Shown piece after piece: positions 1 through 15,980 of a DNA stretch of 59,493 nucleotides (positions are counted from its first letter, which is position 1; every line of letters starts with the position of its first letter). The notes under the pieces were generated by a model, which saw only the letters and a list, made by a program, of their open reading frames with translations, did not search any database and was not told where the DNA came from. This DNA is from Macrostomum lignano (lineage: Eukaryota). The stretch covers positions 1 to 59,493 of the forward strand of contig NIVC01004121.1 of assembly GCA_002269645.1 (NCBI GenBank), read 5' to 3'. A program made the position numbers and the translations under genes.

Positions 1-737
1 ACCTGAAGAATCGCCCCCTTACCTAAAAAAATCGCCCCTTAATCACCTGAAGAATCGCCCCTTACCTAAAAAATCGCCCCTTAATCACCTGAAGAATCGC
101 CCCTAAACCACATGAAGAATCGCCCCTAAACCACCTGAAGAATCCCCTCTATCACTACCTGCAGAATCGCCCCTAAACCACCTGAAGAATCCCCTCTATC
201 ACTACCTGAAGAATCGCCCCTAAACCACCTGAAGAATCCCTCTATCACTACCTGAAGAATCGCCCTTAACCACCTGAAGAATCTCCTCTATCACCACCTG
301 AAGAATCGCCCCTAAACCACCTGAAGAATCGCCCCTAAACCACCTGAAGAATCCCCTCTATCACTACCTGCAGAATCGCCCCTAAACCACCTGAAGAATC
401 CCTCTATCACTACCTGAAGAATCGCCCCTAAACCACCTGAAGAATCCCCTCTATCACTACCTGAAGAATCGCCCCTAAACCACCTGAAGAATCCCCTCTA
501 TCACTACCTGAAGAATAGCCCCTTAACCACCTGAAGAATCCCCTCTATCACTACCTGAAGAATCGCCCTTAACCACCTGAAGAATCGCCCCTTAATCACC
601 TGAAGAATCGCCCCTTAACCACCTGAAGAATCGCCCCTTAATCACCTGAAGAATCGCCCCTTAACCACCTGAAGAATCGCCCCTTAACCACCTGAAGAAT
701 CGCCCCTTAACCACCTGAAAAATCGCCCCTTAATCAC
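1..737. repeat. Intronic minisatellite, 22-24 bp units (ACCTGAAGAATCGCCCCTTAACC and variant ACCTGAAGAATCCCCTCTATCACT)
   Basis: Direct tandem copies from the window start; two unit variants alternate. Confidence 0.95.
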
Positions 738-814
738 TCGTAGAATCTTTATCGAAGAATCTATAAAGCTGCGGTATTATTACAAAAGATGCCTCTTAAT
801 AACTACTCTCCCAG

Positions 815-1254
815 GTAGAGGCGGTCCGCTGCCTCCTAGGCGAGGTGGAGCAGCTCAAACGTTGGCAGCCAGCCGTCAACGCCTCTCTACAACGCCTAGA
901 AGAGCGCAACGACCTTGCCGAATCGCAAATTCAACGACTGCGCGAAGAGCTTCAACAGCAGCGAGCTGATGGAGAGGAGGCATCAGGAAGTAATCAGAAC
1001 AATAAAGATGCCGGTGCTACAAGCAGTGCTGCATTAACTACAGCTACAGCTGTTACTGACCTATTGAGCAGTGTTAAACATCCCGGATGTCCGCTGCCGC
1101 CTACTCAAGTCACCGTTGTTGCATTGGATAATGACAATGGCGCCAATGTCAGATCTATTGAAGTCAGATGGCAGCCGTCTGATGGGATTGTTACGTCGAA
1201 GGGTAATTTTTGCTTTATGCAAGTAGTAGTAGTAGTAGTAGTAGTAGTAGCAGC

Positions 1255-1303
<49 letters not shown>

Positions 1304-1384
1304 ATAGCAGTAATAGTAGTAGTGGTAGTAGTAGTAGTGGTAGTAGTAGTAGTAGTAGTAGTAGTAATAGCAGTAATAGTAGTG

Positions 1385-1456
<72 letters not shown>

Positions 1457-1507
1457 ATAGCAGTAGTAGTAGTAGTGGTAGTAGTAGTAATAGTAGTAGT
1501 AGTAGTG

Positions 1508-1597
<90 letters not shown>

Positions 1598-1602
1598 ATA
1601 GC

Positions 1603-1651
<49 letters not shown>

Positions 1652-1801
1652 ATAGCAGTAATAGTAGTAGTGGTAGTAGTAGTAGTAGTAGTGGTAGTAG
1701 TAGTAGTAGTAATAGCAGTAGTAGTAGTAGTAATAGCAGTAGTAGTAGTAGTGGTAGTAGTAGTAGTAGTAGTAGTAGTAATAGCAGTAGTAGTAGTAGT
1801 G

Positions 1802-1834
<33 letters not shown>

Positions 1835-1835
1835 A

Positions 1836-1867
<32 letters not shown>

Positions 1868-1925
1868 ATAGCAGTATAGTAGTAGTAGGTAGTAGTAGTA
1901 GTATAGCAGTAGTAGTAGTAGTGGT

Positions 1926-1957
<32 letters not shown>

Positions 1958-1977
1958 ATAGCAGTAATAGTAGTAGT

Positions 1978-2019
<42 letters not shown>

Positions 2020-2744
2020 ATAGTAGTAGTAGTAGTGGTAGTAGTAGTAGTAGTAGTAGTAATAGCAGTAATAGTAGTAGTGGTAGTAGTAGTAGTAATA
2101 GCAGCAGTAGTAGTAGTGTAGTAGTAGTAGTAGTGGTGGTAGTAGTAGTACAACTACAACTATGTGGGGCAGTCAGACCAAAAAATCAAATCTGCAACCC
2201 TTGTCAAATTTTTAGTTTGAATTGAATTAGCGCTACTTAAAGTAGTATCACATGCTGATTAATCCATACCTCGTATATTTTCAGGCACTCTCACCCCAGG
2301 CGGCATCACAGGCTACGCAGTTTACATCAACGGAACAGAGCAGGCCCGAGTGTACGACAGCAAATGCAGCTGCACAGTGGACCTGCCGCAGACCATTGTG
2401 TCCGCTGCCGCTGCCGCAGGCGCCCCGCCACCGCCTATCGCCGTAGCCGTAGCGGCTGTGTCCGATCTTGGCGAATCCTGCCTGTCCAGTCCTCTGGCTG
2501 TGTTTCGAGTTGGCCAAACAGCGACTATCATAGAGATGATGGCGATGATGATGGAGAAGACGGAGAAGCTGTGAGCAGTCGGAGTAGCGAAGCCTACGAA
2601 AGAGCGGATGTTGAGGATGTAGCTGCGGCTGCTGCGCGGATGCTGAGTCTGACGCCCGCTGAAGGTAGCGACGCGGATGTCAGCGCTGGCGACTTTGACA
2701 TTCCACCGTCATCAGCTGCTGGTGGCGGTAATTCCGCTGGTTGA
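815..2744 (+). CDS. 3' part of a coiled-coil + fibronectin type III domain protein (FN3 resembles RIMS-binding-protein type); 5' exons lie outside the window
   Basis: Exons 815-1202 (ctcccag acceptor, gtaatt donor) and 2285 onward (tttcag acceptor) join in phase 1: VEAVRCLLGEVEQLKRWQ (coiled coil)...PPTQVTVVAL...IEVRWQP...GITGYAVYINGTEQARV...AVSDLGESCLS, an FN3 pattern. Literal stop at 2574; an acidic tail in the -1 frame runs to 2744. No SH3 domain seen, so no symbol given. Confidence 0.75.
1222..2150. repeat. (AGT)n microsatellite, about 930 bp, intronic
   Basis: Direct; explains the poly-V, poly-S and poly-L ORFs. Confidence 0.98.
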
Positions 2745-3000
2745 GAATGTGACTCCCAACTGTTTTTTTATCTTGTGTAGCTTTGCCTGTTAATGTTATT
2801 TGCCTGCTAATTAACATATATCATGAATTATTTATGAGAGCCTTAGCCGTGACAAAAAAGTTTTTAAAGCCTAAAAGCTTTAATCATTTTATGTATGATT
2901 ATTCATATTTGTAGTTTTTCACTAATAGATATCAGCATCTGTAGCTTTCAATATCTTTGAAAATGACAGAATTGCAGAATATGTGTCTATCTTGTAGAAT

Positions 3001-3630
3001 CATCTATCTGCAGGATCTAAACATCTATCTGCAGAATCTAATAATCTATCTGCAGAATCTTACAATCTATCTTCAGAATCTAAGCATCTATCTGCAGAAT
3101 ATAATCATCTATCTGCAGAATCTAAACATCTATCTGCAGAATATAATCATCTATCTGCAGAATATAATCATCTATCTGCAAAGTCTTACCATCTATCTGC
3201 AGAATCTAAATATCTATCTGCAGAATATAATCATCTATCTGCAGAATATAATCATCTATCTGCATAATCTAAACATCTATCTGCAGAATATAAACATCTA
3301 TCTGCAGAATATAATAATCTATCTGCAGAATCTATGCATCTATCTGCAGAATCTATGCATCTATCTGCAGAATCTATGCATCTATCTGCAGAATCCAAAC
3401 ATCTATCAGCAGAATTTAATTATCTATCTGCAGAAAATAATCATCTATCTGCAGAATCTAAACATCTATCTGCAGAATATAATCATCTATCTGCAGAATC
3501 TATGCATCTATCTGCAGAATCTAAGCATCAATCTGCAGGTTCTAAAAATATATCTCCAGAATCTAAGCATCAATCTGCAAAATCTAAACAGCAGAGTCTA
3601 TCTGCAGAATTTAACTATCTTTCTGCATAA
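3001..3630. repeat. 21-bp minisatellite (ATCTATCTGCAGAATATAATC)
   Basis: About 30 tandem copies; explains the IYLQN ORF. Confidence 0.95.
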
Positions 3631-4424
3631 TTAAGCTATTTTTCTACTATCTAAAAATCCATCTACAGAACCTAATAATTTATCTGTAGAAATGAATTAT
3701 GTAAATTAAAGATTGAATCGTCTTTAAATTTAAATTTAATGTGCAGAATTCCAACGCGTCTGCAGAACCCAATTACCTGGCATAAACCAGAGGTCCAATA
3801 ATGTTAGACGCACACTGTGTCTCACAGCTGGCTGTGCAATGTTTCACCTGTGCGTTTGATAATTTATATCATAATTGCATCGTCTATTCAATGTTATGTT
3901 CGATTATTGTTTTTTTAAGCTAACTTACCATATATTACTACTGTTTTGCCAGGCATTAATTTAGTAGTATAGATAGCATTTTTGTTCTTTTAAAAACATG
4001 AACAATTTCTTTTACTAAATTAAATGTTTTTTTGCTTTTCTTTGCACTAAATTGCGAAATTCCATCCGTCAGTCTCCGGTTATTCCTCTTTTTCTCTTTT
4101 CTTTTAACTGAAGCCGTCCAGTTTTGTCCAGCTCTAAATTTCCTTTTAATGTTAATAAATCATTGGATACTTTAGATTATTCTAAATTCATCTAAGTAGT
4201 TCAATATGTGCGTATGTCATATACTATAATGCACTAACTGCTTTTGCTATTGGTTTTTTCTATATGTTGCACTACAAGTAACAATAAAGCTCATTTTCTA
4301 CTAACAACTTCAAGACTTGTGTTTTTTAACGTATTATGCATTTATCGATACATATCGGCGGTAAGTTTAGTAACCATTTTCCTACTAAGTTTAAGATAAA
4401 AGGTTTATATTAAATATTGTTAGT

Positions 4425-4690
4425 CAAATGTCACAGGAATCGAACCTAGGACCACTAGCCTAGCCTGTTGTATTATGTATGTATCGATACATATCGGTGT
4501 TCTGTTTTTATGCCGAAGCTGATCCCGGTTCCCTCTTAATTTTTTTATATATTTTTATTATATTAAAGTTAGTAGTATGATAATGGTATCGTAGCAGTGA
4601 GACAGAAAAATTCAAATTATTTAGTCACAGGAATCGAATCCGGGACCTATAGCAAGAAAAGGCAGCGCGATAGCCACTCTGCATGCGTCT
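4425..4690 (-). mobile_element. Two diverged tRNA-derived (SINE-head-like) remnants carrying Pol III B-boxes
   Basis: 4436-4446 reads GGTTCGATTCC and 4630-4640 reads GATTCGATTCC on the minus strand. Both sit in the shared context TCACAGGAATCGAAYCYRGGACC..TAGC. No complete cloverleaf. Confidence 0.4.
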
Positions 4691-4789
4691 GATGCTACAT
4701 TCTGTACTTTTATATTATTATTACGCTACATATCGGTGGTTTTCAACTCCAATTCGATTTTTTATTTTTCAGAGACTTTAAGCCTAACG

Positions 4790-6171
4790 ATGCAAATTCT
4801 ATTGCAAGCCACTCTACTGATGACGTCATCGTCTCTAGTAGCCGCATCCGAAGGCGATCAAGCCTATGTGCATCACATTTGCATGGAAAAGTGCTTGGCT
4901 AAGGCGGGCTGCAGCGAGGCTAAAGTCAGACGGATCGGGCGGCCCACCCGCTGACCAGGTGGACAACTGACTCGTGCGAAGACCAGTGCAAGCACGACTG
5001 CCTGTGGCAGACTGTGACCGCTTTTCATCGCGACGGCTTGCCGACGCCAAAGTTCGGTCGATGGCCGTTCCTTCGGCTGTTGGGCCTGCAGGAGCCCGCG
5101 TCGGCACTGTTCTCCGCGCTTAATTGCGCCTGTCACGTCTATATGTTTGCGGCGTTCCGGGAGCAGGTGAGGCGTTTCTGAGTTTGAGACTGGATAATGA
5201 CTTATTGTACTACTGATACTACTCATTTATGCATAGTACTGATACTATAACGTAAATAGTGCTAACGATGAATTGCTATTATTAGTTACTATAATATAGA
5301 CATCACATTTTTAGTATATAGGAATTAGTTACTACTACTACTACTAATACTGCTACTACTACCACTGATACTACTGCTGCAACTACTACTTACTACTAAT
5401 ACTGCTACTACTGCTACTACTAATGCTGCTGCTACTACTACTACTTACTACTATACTAGTACTACCACTGTAGATATTCCTTATACATATTTATCATTGA
5501 TGCTCTTCAGTTTATCGTAGAGAATTGACCCAATCTAAAATACCGCTACCATTCACAATCCCTCCCTATTGCAGGTGAACCCGCAGTCTCCTATGTACAA
5601 TGTCTGGCATCTGTACTCATTAGTTGCCATAGCAACCTGGCTCAGTTCGACCGTATTCCACGCTAAAGATATTCCCCTAACAGAACAATTAGACTACTTC
5701 AGTGCCCTATTGTACTTATTAACCTGTTTATTCTGTCTAGCTTGCCGCGTTACAGTCCAGCGAGACAATGACTACAGTAAGAACCGCTCAAATTTGATTG
5801 GCCTAGCCGCTGTGGCCATTGCTTCAATCGTATTCTATATTCGTCACGTTTGGTATTTGAGCTGCGTGCATTTTGACTATGGCTACAATATGACGGTGAA
5901 TTTAAGCGTTGGAGCTGCCAATTGTATTGGCTGGTTAATCTGGTCCATCCGGAGAGTTCGTTCTCAACCTTACACGCGCGATTGCCTACTAACAGTAGCA
6001 TTGTTGAACGGTCTAGTACTGTTGGAAGTGTTGGATTTTCCGCCCATTTGGTGGGTATTGGATGCTCACAGCCTGTGGCACGGTGGCACTGTGCTGCTAG
6101 CCGTGCCCTGGTATCGATTCGCTATTGCAGATTGTAATTATCTGCTTTCAGAGAAGCAGAAGTCACTTTAA
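4790..6171 (+). CDS. PGAP3: Post-GPI attachment to proteins factor 3 (Per1 family), about 324 aa; needs +1 nt near 4922
   Basis: Exons 4790-5166 and 5575-6171 (phase 0, GT-AG). Signal peptide and SEGD...C-x3-C-x4-C in one frame; CEDQCKHDCLW, GRWPFLRLLGLQEPASALFSALN in the next frame; then WLSSTVFHAKD..TEQLDYF, FDYGYNM, LEVLDFPP..VLDAHSLWH, all matching PGAP3. AATAAA near 6196. Confidence 0.93.
5330..5470. repeat. Degenerate (TAC/TGC)n microsatellite in the PGAP3 intron
   Basis: Direct. Confidence 0.85.
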
Positions 6172-6278
6172 CTTTTGTAGTACATTTTATAGTAAAATAA
6201 AGGCTACGCTTTAAGTTTTTGCTGCTGCTGGTTTTGATTCTCTGGATGCTCATCCGCAAGAATTTCGGCCTTCCCTCT

Positions 6279-6545
6279 AGGCTGAGTTTTGTCCGTCTAA
6301 ATTTGTCCTTCTCTCCTTACTGCTCTCTCATTGGCTGAGCTGAATTGGGCTTGCGCCTAGGCTGAGTTTCGTCCGTCTGACTTTGACCTTCTATCCTTAC
6401 TGCTCTCTCATTGGCTGAGCTGAATTGGGCTTGCGCCTAGGCTGAGTTTCGTCCGTCTGACTTTGACCTTCTCTCCTTACTGCTCTATCATTGGCTGAGC
6501 TAGATTGGACCTGCCCCCCCCCCTTGGCTGAGTTTCGCCCGTCTT
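6279..6545. repeat. 80-bp tandem repeat, about 3.3 copies
   Basis: AGGCTGAGTTTCGTCCGTCTG... recurs at 6279, 6359 and 6439, with a partial copy near 6526. Confidence 0.9.
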
Positions 6546-7284
6546 GCGTTCAGTTGTGTACATCGAGTTCGCCGCAAACCCCAAAAAGGCAAGGAAATTT
6601 TAGCTTCCACCATAAATTTAAGTGGTACTGCGCAGACAAACTACTGTAAAAAGTATAGACGCACAACTTGAAATTCAATTGAAATATAGAGTTATTCTAG
6701 TATCTGTGGCTGAAATAGAATTTCCCGATAAATTTTATCTCGAAATTTCTAATGCAGCAAAACTCAATACTGTTAGTTGGCGTGTACTTAACGCCTTTTA
6801 AAAAGTTCACTAATTCTTTTCCTCAATTTTTGTGCGTTTCTTCTTTCTTGCTTTTTATGAAAGATGTAATGATTCGTTTCCTTTAGTTTCTGCTTGTAAC
6901 TGTCCGTGTTTTTTATTCATTAACGAAAAAAATTAGTAAATTATGGAATGAACAAAAAATCCGACATTCGAAACTGTTTATAATCTGTCTTTCTGTTTGT
7001 TTTTTCCTGCCTATAGTTCGGTGTGTTTTGTACTTATACTTTGTCTGTCACTTACACTATCTTTATGAAAAAGTAAATTTCCATCGAACTCTTAAATACA
7101 TCTTTTCGGGTTTCCACTGCTGTTACATTTTGATGAGGTATTTTTGTAGTGTGTGCCATTAAGCTTTTGTGTTTTTTAATATAAATAATTCAATATAACA
7201 TTATATGGAGAGTTTTACTATAATTTGCGAGTTGTAAACTATAGATTTAGACGCTTCTTATATTTATTATCGTTGTTTAATGAT

Positions 7285-7790
7285 GTCAGATCAGTCAGAT
7301 TGTCCAACCCCAGTCTGTGTCAGATCATTCAGATTGTCTAACCCCAGTCTGTGTCAGATCATGCAGATTGTCAAACCCCAGTCTGTGTCAGATTATTCAG
7401 ATTGTCCAACCCCAGTCTGTGTCAGATCAGTCAGATTGTCAAACCCCAGTTGTGTCAGATCAGTCAGATTGTCAAACCCCAGTCTGTCAGATCAGTCAGA
7501 TTGTCAAACCCCAGTCTGTGTCAGATCAGTCAGATTGTCAAACCCCAGTCTGTCAGATCAGTCAGATTGTCAAACCCCAGTCTGTGTCAGATTAGTCAGA
7601 TTGTCAAACCCCAGTCTGTGTCAGATTATTCAGATTGTCAAACCCCAGTCTGTCAGATCAGTCAGATTGTCAAACCCCAGTCTGTGTCAGATCAGTCAGA
7701 TTGTCAAACCCCAGTCTGTCAGATCAGTCAGATTGTCAAACCCCAGTCTGTGTCAGATTATTCAGATTGTCAAACCCCAGTCTGTGTCAG
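7285..7790. repeat. 34-36 bp minisatellite (GTCAGATCAGTCAGATTGTCAAACCCCAGTCTGT)
   Basis: Direct tandem copies. Confidence 0.95.
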
Positions 7791-7941
7791 TTAAAGTCAG
7801 ACGGGATTTGTACAGTGTTTGTCATCACAAATCTATATGCAATCAGCCGTATTTATTTATGTGCTATCTAATTTGTATGACTGCAATCCAGCTGCTGTAG
7901 CCATTGAAAAAAATTGAAAAAATTGTATTAAACACATTTAT

Positions 7942-8400
7942 ATGGCAGCTGCAGCCACAGCTGTGAATGTGCAGCAGAGAATCCAGCAACTTCGCCGTCT
8001 TGTACAGCTAGTAGAACAGGCCACTCCGCAACTGACACAGCGTCGCCAACAGCGTCAGCAACAGCAGGGGTCAGACTTCGGTCTGCATCTGCGCAATCTT
8101 GTCCGAGTTCGTTGCTCTTCAGCCTCTTGTCCTGACGAGTACGTGTCAGCGCAGGAAGCCGCCTTGAGAGATCTGCTAGCTAGCAGGGCTAAACGAGATT
8201 TTCCCTGTCAACCGTTGGCTGTTGATGTTCAGCCAAGTACGCAGCGCATTCTACAGCGTTGGACAGCTACTGGCGTCGATTCTGCAATCGTAGACCCTAC
8301 TACTAATAGTACTTCGGAAGACGAGCAAAGCGAACAATATTTGCAGCAATTGCGCAAGTGGGACACGTTTAAACTTCGGCTAACCAATTCATCTGCTTGA
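7942..8400 (+). CDS. 152-aa single-exon protein, probably UQCC2/Cbp6-like complex III assembly factor
   Basis: ATG-to-TGA ORF, GC-rich within AT-rich flanks. By-eye match to UQCC2: GSDFGLHLRNLV vs GRDLGAYLRQRV; AALRDLLASRAKRDFP vs ESLARLHSNYYKHKYP; C-terminal KWDTFKLRL vs MWKKLQEKF. Not verified by a search. Confidence 0.55.
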   Translation: MAAAATAVNVQQRIQQLRRLVQLVEQATPQLTQRRQQRQQQQGSDFGLHLRNLVRVRCSSASCPDEYVSAQEAALRDLLASRAKRDFPCQPLAVDVQPSTQRILQRWTATGVDSAIVDPTTNSTSEDEQSEQYLQQLRKWDTFKLRLTNSSA

Positions 8401-8460
8401 TTATACTACTGTTAGTAGAAATATTAGTAGTAGTAGTAGCTAAATTTATTATTTAACAAT

Positions 8461-12955
<4,495 letters not shown>

Positions 12956-13229
12956 ATTGATTGATTGATTTTCAAGCCTTGTTTTGCTGATAATTGGTGT
13001 CGACTTGAAATATCCAACAAAATTAAGAACCTGAATAAATTATAATCGTATTATTATATAAACATTGGTGTTTAAATGCTGCCACGACGTGTTTTGCTGT
13101 ATTTTGATTAATTTCTGTTTAGTTATTGTTTTATAGTTGGCAGAGAATACCTGAGATTTCCCTGAGAATTCCCCAGCATTCACCTAGGATTAATCGAGCG
13201 GCACATCAATTCCTCTGTGAGGAGAATCC

Positions 13230-13820
13230 GTGAAATTCCCATGCAAATTCTACACTGGATTTCCCCGAGAATCCTCCACTGGATTTCCCGAGAATCCTTC
13301 ATTGGATTTCCTCGATAATCCTTCACTAGATTCCCCCGAGAATCCTCCACTGGATTCCCCCGAGAATCCTCCACTGGATTCCCCCGAGAATCCTCCACTG
13401 GATTCCCCCAAGAATCCTCCACTGGAATCCCCTCGAAGATCCTCCACTGGATTCCCCGAGAATCCTCCACTGGATTCCCCGAGAATCCTCCACTGGATTC
13501 CCCCGAGAATCCTCCACTGGATTCCCCCAAGAATCCTCCACTGGAATCCCCTCGAAGATCCTTCACTGGATTCCCCCGAGAATCCTCCACTGGATTCCCC
13601 CGAGAATCCTCCACTGGATTCCCCCGAGAATCCTCCACTGGATTCCCCCAAGAATCCTCCACTGGAATCCCCTCGAAGATCCTCCACTGGATTCCCCCGA
13701 GAATCCTCCACTGGATTCCCCCGAGAATCCTCCACTGGATTCCCCCGAGAATCCTCCACTGGAATCCCCTCGAAGATCCTCCACTGGATTCCCCCGAAAA
13801 TCCTCCACTGGATTCCCCAG
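13230..13820. repeat. 24-25 bp minisatellite (CCCCGAGAATCCTCCACTGGATTC)
   Basis: Direct. Confidence 0.95.
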
Positions 13821-14293
13821 AAAATTTTCATGTAATGCCCTAAAAGAATTCTGCGTTAAATTTTCTCTTTGATCCCTATGAATTCCACATGGAATTTCCC
13901 TATGGGAATCCCAAATTGAATTCTCCAGACAACAATTCATTGAACAATTCTTTTTGGAAACCCTCATAATATTTACAAGATACAGCTGATGTCAAATACT
14001 GTAAAAATTGATTTAAATGTTAGCAAAAAGTTTTAACTGAAGTTCGCTTTTGTCTTTTCATGAAGACATGCATTAGCTAATCCCCAATATTAAAATACTC
14101 ATATACTCAATATACTCAATACTCATTTATCCTTTCATGCTTGGTACACTCTCAGCAAAGAGCAAACTGAAAAATGTAGACTAATTGGATGTAGCGCTTG
14201 TTATTCAGATTGTTTGTCATTATTTTAATCGGATCCAACAATATTTTCCTAATTGCGCAATATACTACTGATACTGATTCGTCAGTAGTCACC

Positions 14294-14623
14294 ATGTCGG
14301 CCAATCAGAATTTGCAAGTGCCTAATGATAATCAGCTGGAAAATTTTTTTGAGCATGAAAAGGAGTACATTCAAACTCCTGCCACATCTGTGAAGGACTC
14401 GAGCAGTGTTGGCTCGCAAAGCCAGAATAACCTTGTCGTTGAGTTCGTTGGGTCAGCTCAGGACAACGGAGGACAACCACTGCCTGAGCCCTCGGATGCT
14501 CCAAGTATTCCGTATTTTCCGCCCGATGAGCAGCTGCCTGCTGGCAGAGTCTTCAATTCTCTGCCGAGTAACTTCCGCTATTCCACACCGCCTGAAATGC
14601 CGGATGTGGATCCGCCTTATTGA
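14294..14623 (+). CDS. Hypothetical 109-aa acidic/Pro-rich protein (or an exon of one)
   Basis: Non-repetitive open frame MSANQNLQVP...PPEMPDVDPPY in AT-rich surroundings; no recognisable family. Confidence 0.35.
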   Translation: MSANQNLQVPNDNQLENFFEHEKEYIQTPATSVKDSSSVGSQSQNNLVVEFVGSAQDNGGQPLPEPSDAPSIPYFPPDEQLPAGRVFNSLPSNFRYSTPPEMPDVDPPY

Positions 14624-14744
14624 TTTGAAACCCGTGATTTCTTAATTTTTGCCTGTGACTTCAACTTGAACCGTGTTAGAAGGTACTGGCTGTGCATTGT
14701 GGCAGGAAGGCTTCTTTGTGCGAGGCTTGGCTCACCGCTTCTTA

Positions 14745-14975
14745 GCTGGCAGCATCCCCTCTGGAGCTGGCATCACCCCCTCTGTAGCTGGCAGCATCCC
14801 CTCTGGAGCTGGCATCACCCCTCTGTAGCTGGCATCACCCCACTCTGTAGCTGGCATCATCCCCTCTGTAGCAGGAAGCATCCCCTCTGGAGCTGGCATC
14901 ACCCCCCTCTGGAGCTGGCATCACCCCCTCTGGAGCTGGCATCACCCCCCTCTGTAGCTGGCATCACCCCTCTGT
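14745..14975. repeat. 21-22 bp minisatellite (CTGGCATCACCCCCTCTGTAG)
   Basis: Direct. Confidence 0.9.
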
Positions 14976-15257
14976 AGTTAAGATTTAGGAAAAGACAAAG
15001 GGACAGGTTTCACTAGGCTTGCATTTTGTTATCAAAGAGCATGACGTTTATTAGTTGTAAAAAAGAACTAATTTAATCTTTTTTGAATTGATCAATAATC
15101 AGGTGTTAATAAATTTAGTTTAAATTTGTTTGTCTATAATCACCGGGACATTATTTTAATACATTAATTAACACTTCAAATAATTAATTTATATTCATTT
15201 CTATAAAATTCTGCTTCAGTATATAAGAAGGCTCATCTGTTTAATATATTTGTATAG

Positions 15258-15420
15258 TATTGCTTTAGTTTACCCAGCTGTAAAACGGGTGCCAGCATTA
15301 GCTGGGGTAATTGAGGCTGTGTATGGCGACCCACAGTCCTTGGACTGAACAGCCGTACGCAGCCTTCAGATGCGCTGTGCAATAGCTGCGGCTGAGCTGT
15401 CGGTTGCACATCTTCTCCAT
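15258..15420 (+). mobile_element. SINE-like remnant, same family as 47886-47965
   Basis: Shares ATTGCTTTMGTTYACCYAGC and CGGGTGCYAGCATTAGCTGGGGTAATTGA (28/29 identical) with the copy at 47.9 kb. ACCCAGCTGTAAAAYGGGT resembles tRNA-SINE central domains. Confidence 0.45.
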
Positions 15421-15980
15421 TAGGGCAGGTGTAATTAATTTTTATATTGTTGTCATCACTTTTTATTATTGTTAATTAATATCAAGTATTTATTCATCGA
15501 CCATGGCGTTCTGCAAGTTAAAAAAAACAAATTAAAATAAATTTTTATGGGCCAGTAATCAGTCATTGTTTCTAAAAAAATTTGGTTTGCTCTCCTAACT
15601 GAGATTTTATATTTTTAAGTTACTAATTAATATATCTACATTTCTACTCCAAGTAAAAATGCTTTAATCTGTTCTCTTCAATTCATATTAATAATGTTTT
15701 AATGTTTATTAAATAATGTTTTATATTAATTCGTATATAATGTTTTGATTAATTATGGTAATATAGATGTATAATCATGATTATTATAGTTGTGATTTTA
15801 TGATTTTAAATCTAAACATGTCTTCATGTTTCTAATTAAGAATGTTATTAAGTTTATTGTATTTTGTACTGTAAAATGCGTTGCTTATATTGTAAACCCA
15901 AATACATCATTTTTACCATTCTCCATATCTATTTACATGTCTCATAATTTTTACGCCCGCGTAAAATTCTTTAATGGCTC

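Noticed and set aside
1210-2153. Poly-Val, poly-Ser and poly-Leu ORFs, and similar ORFs over other micro- and minisatellites and the CT-rich tracts at 38.4-43.2 kb
   Set aside because: Translations of simple repeats; most lie inside introns bounded by good splice sites.
4620-4690. Functional tRNA gene
   Set aside because: B-box present but no acceptor-stem pairing or convincing cloverleaf; treated as a remnant.
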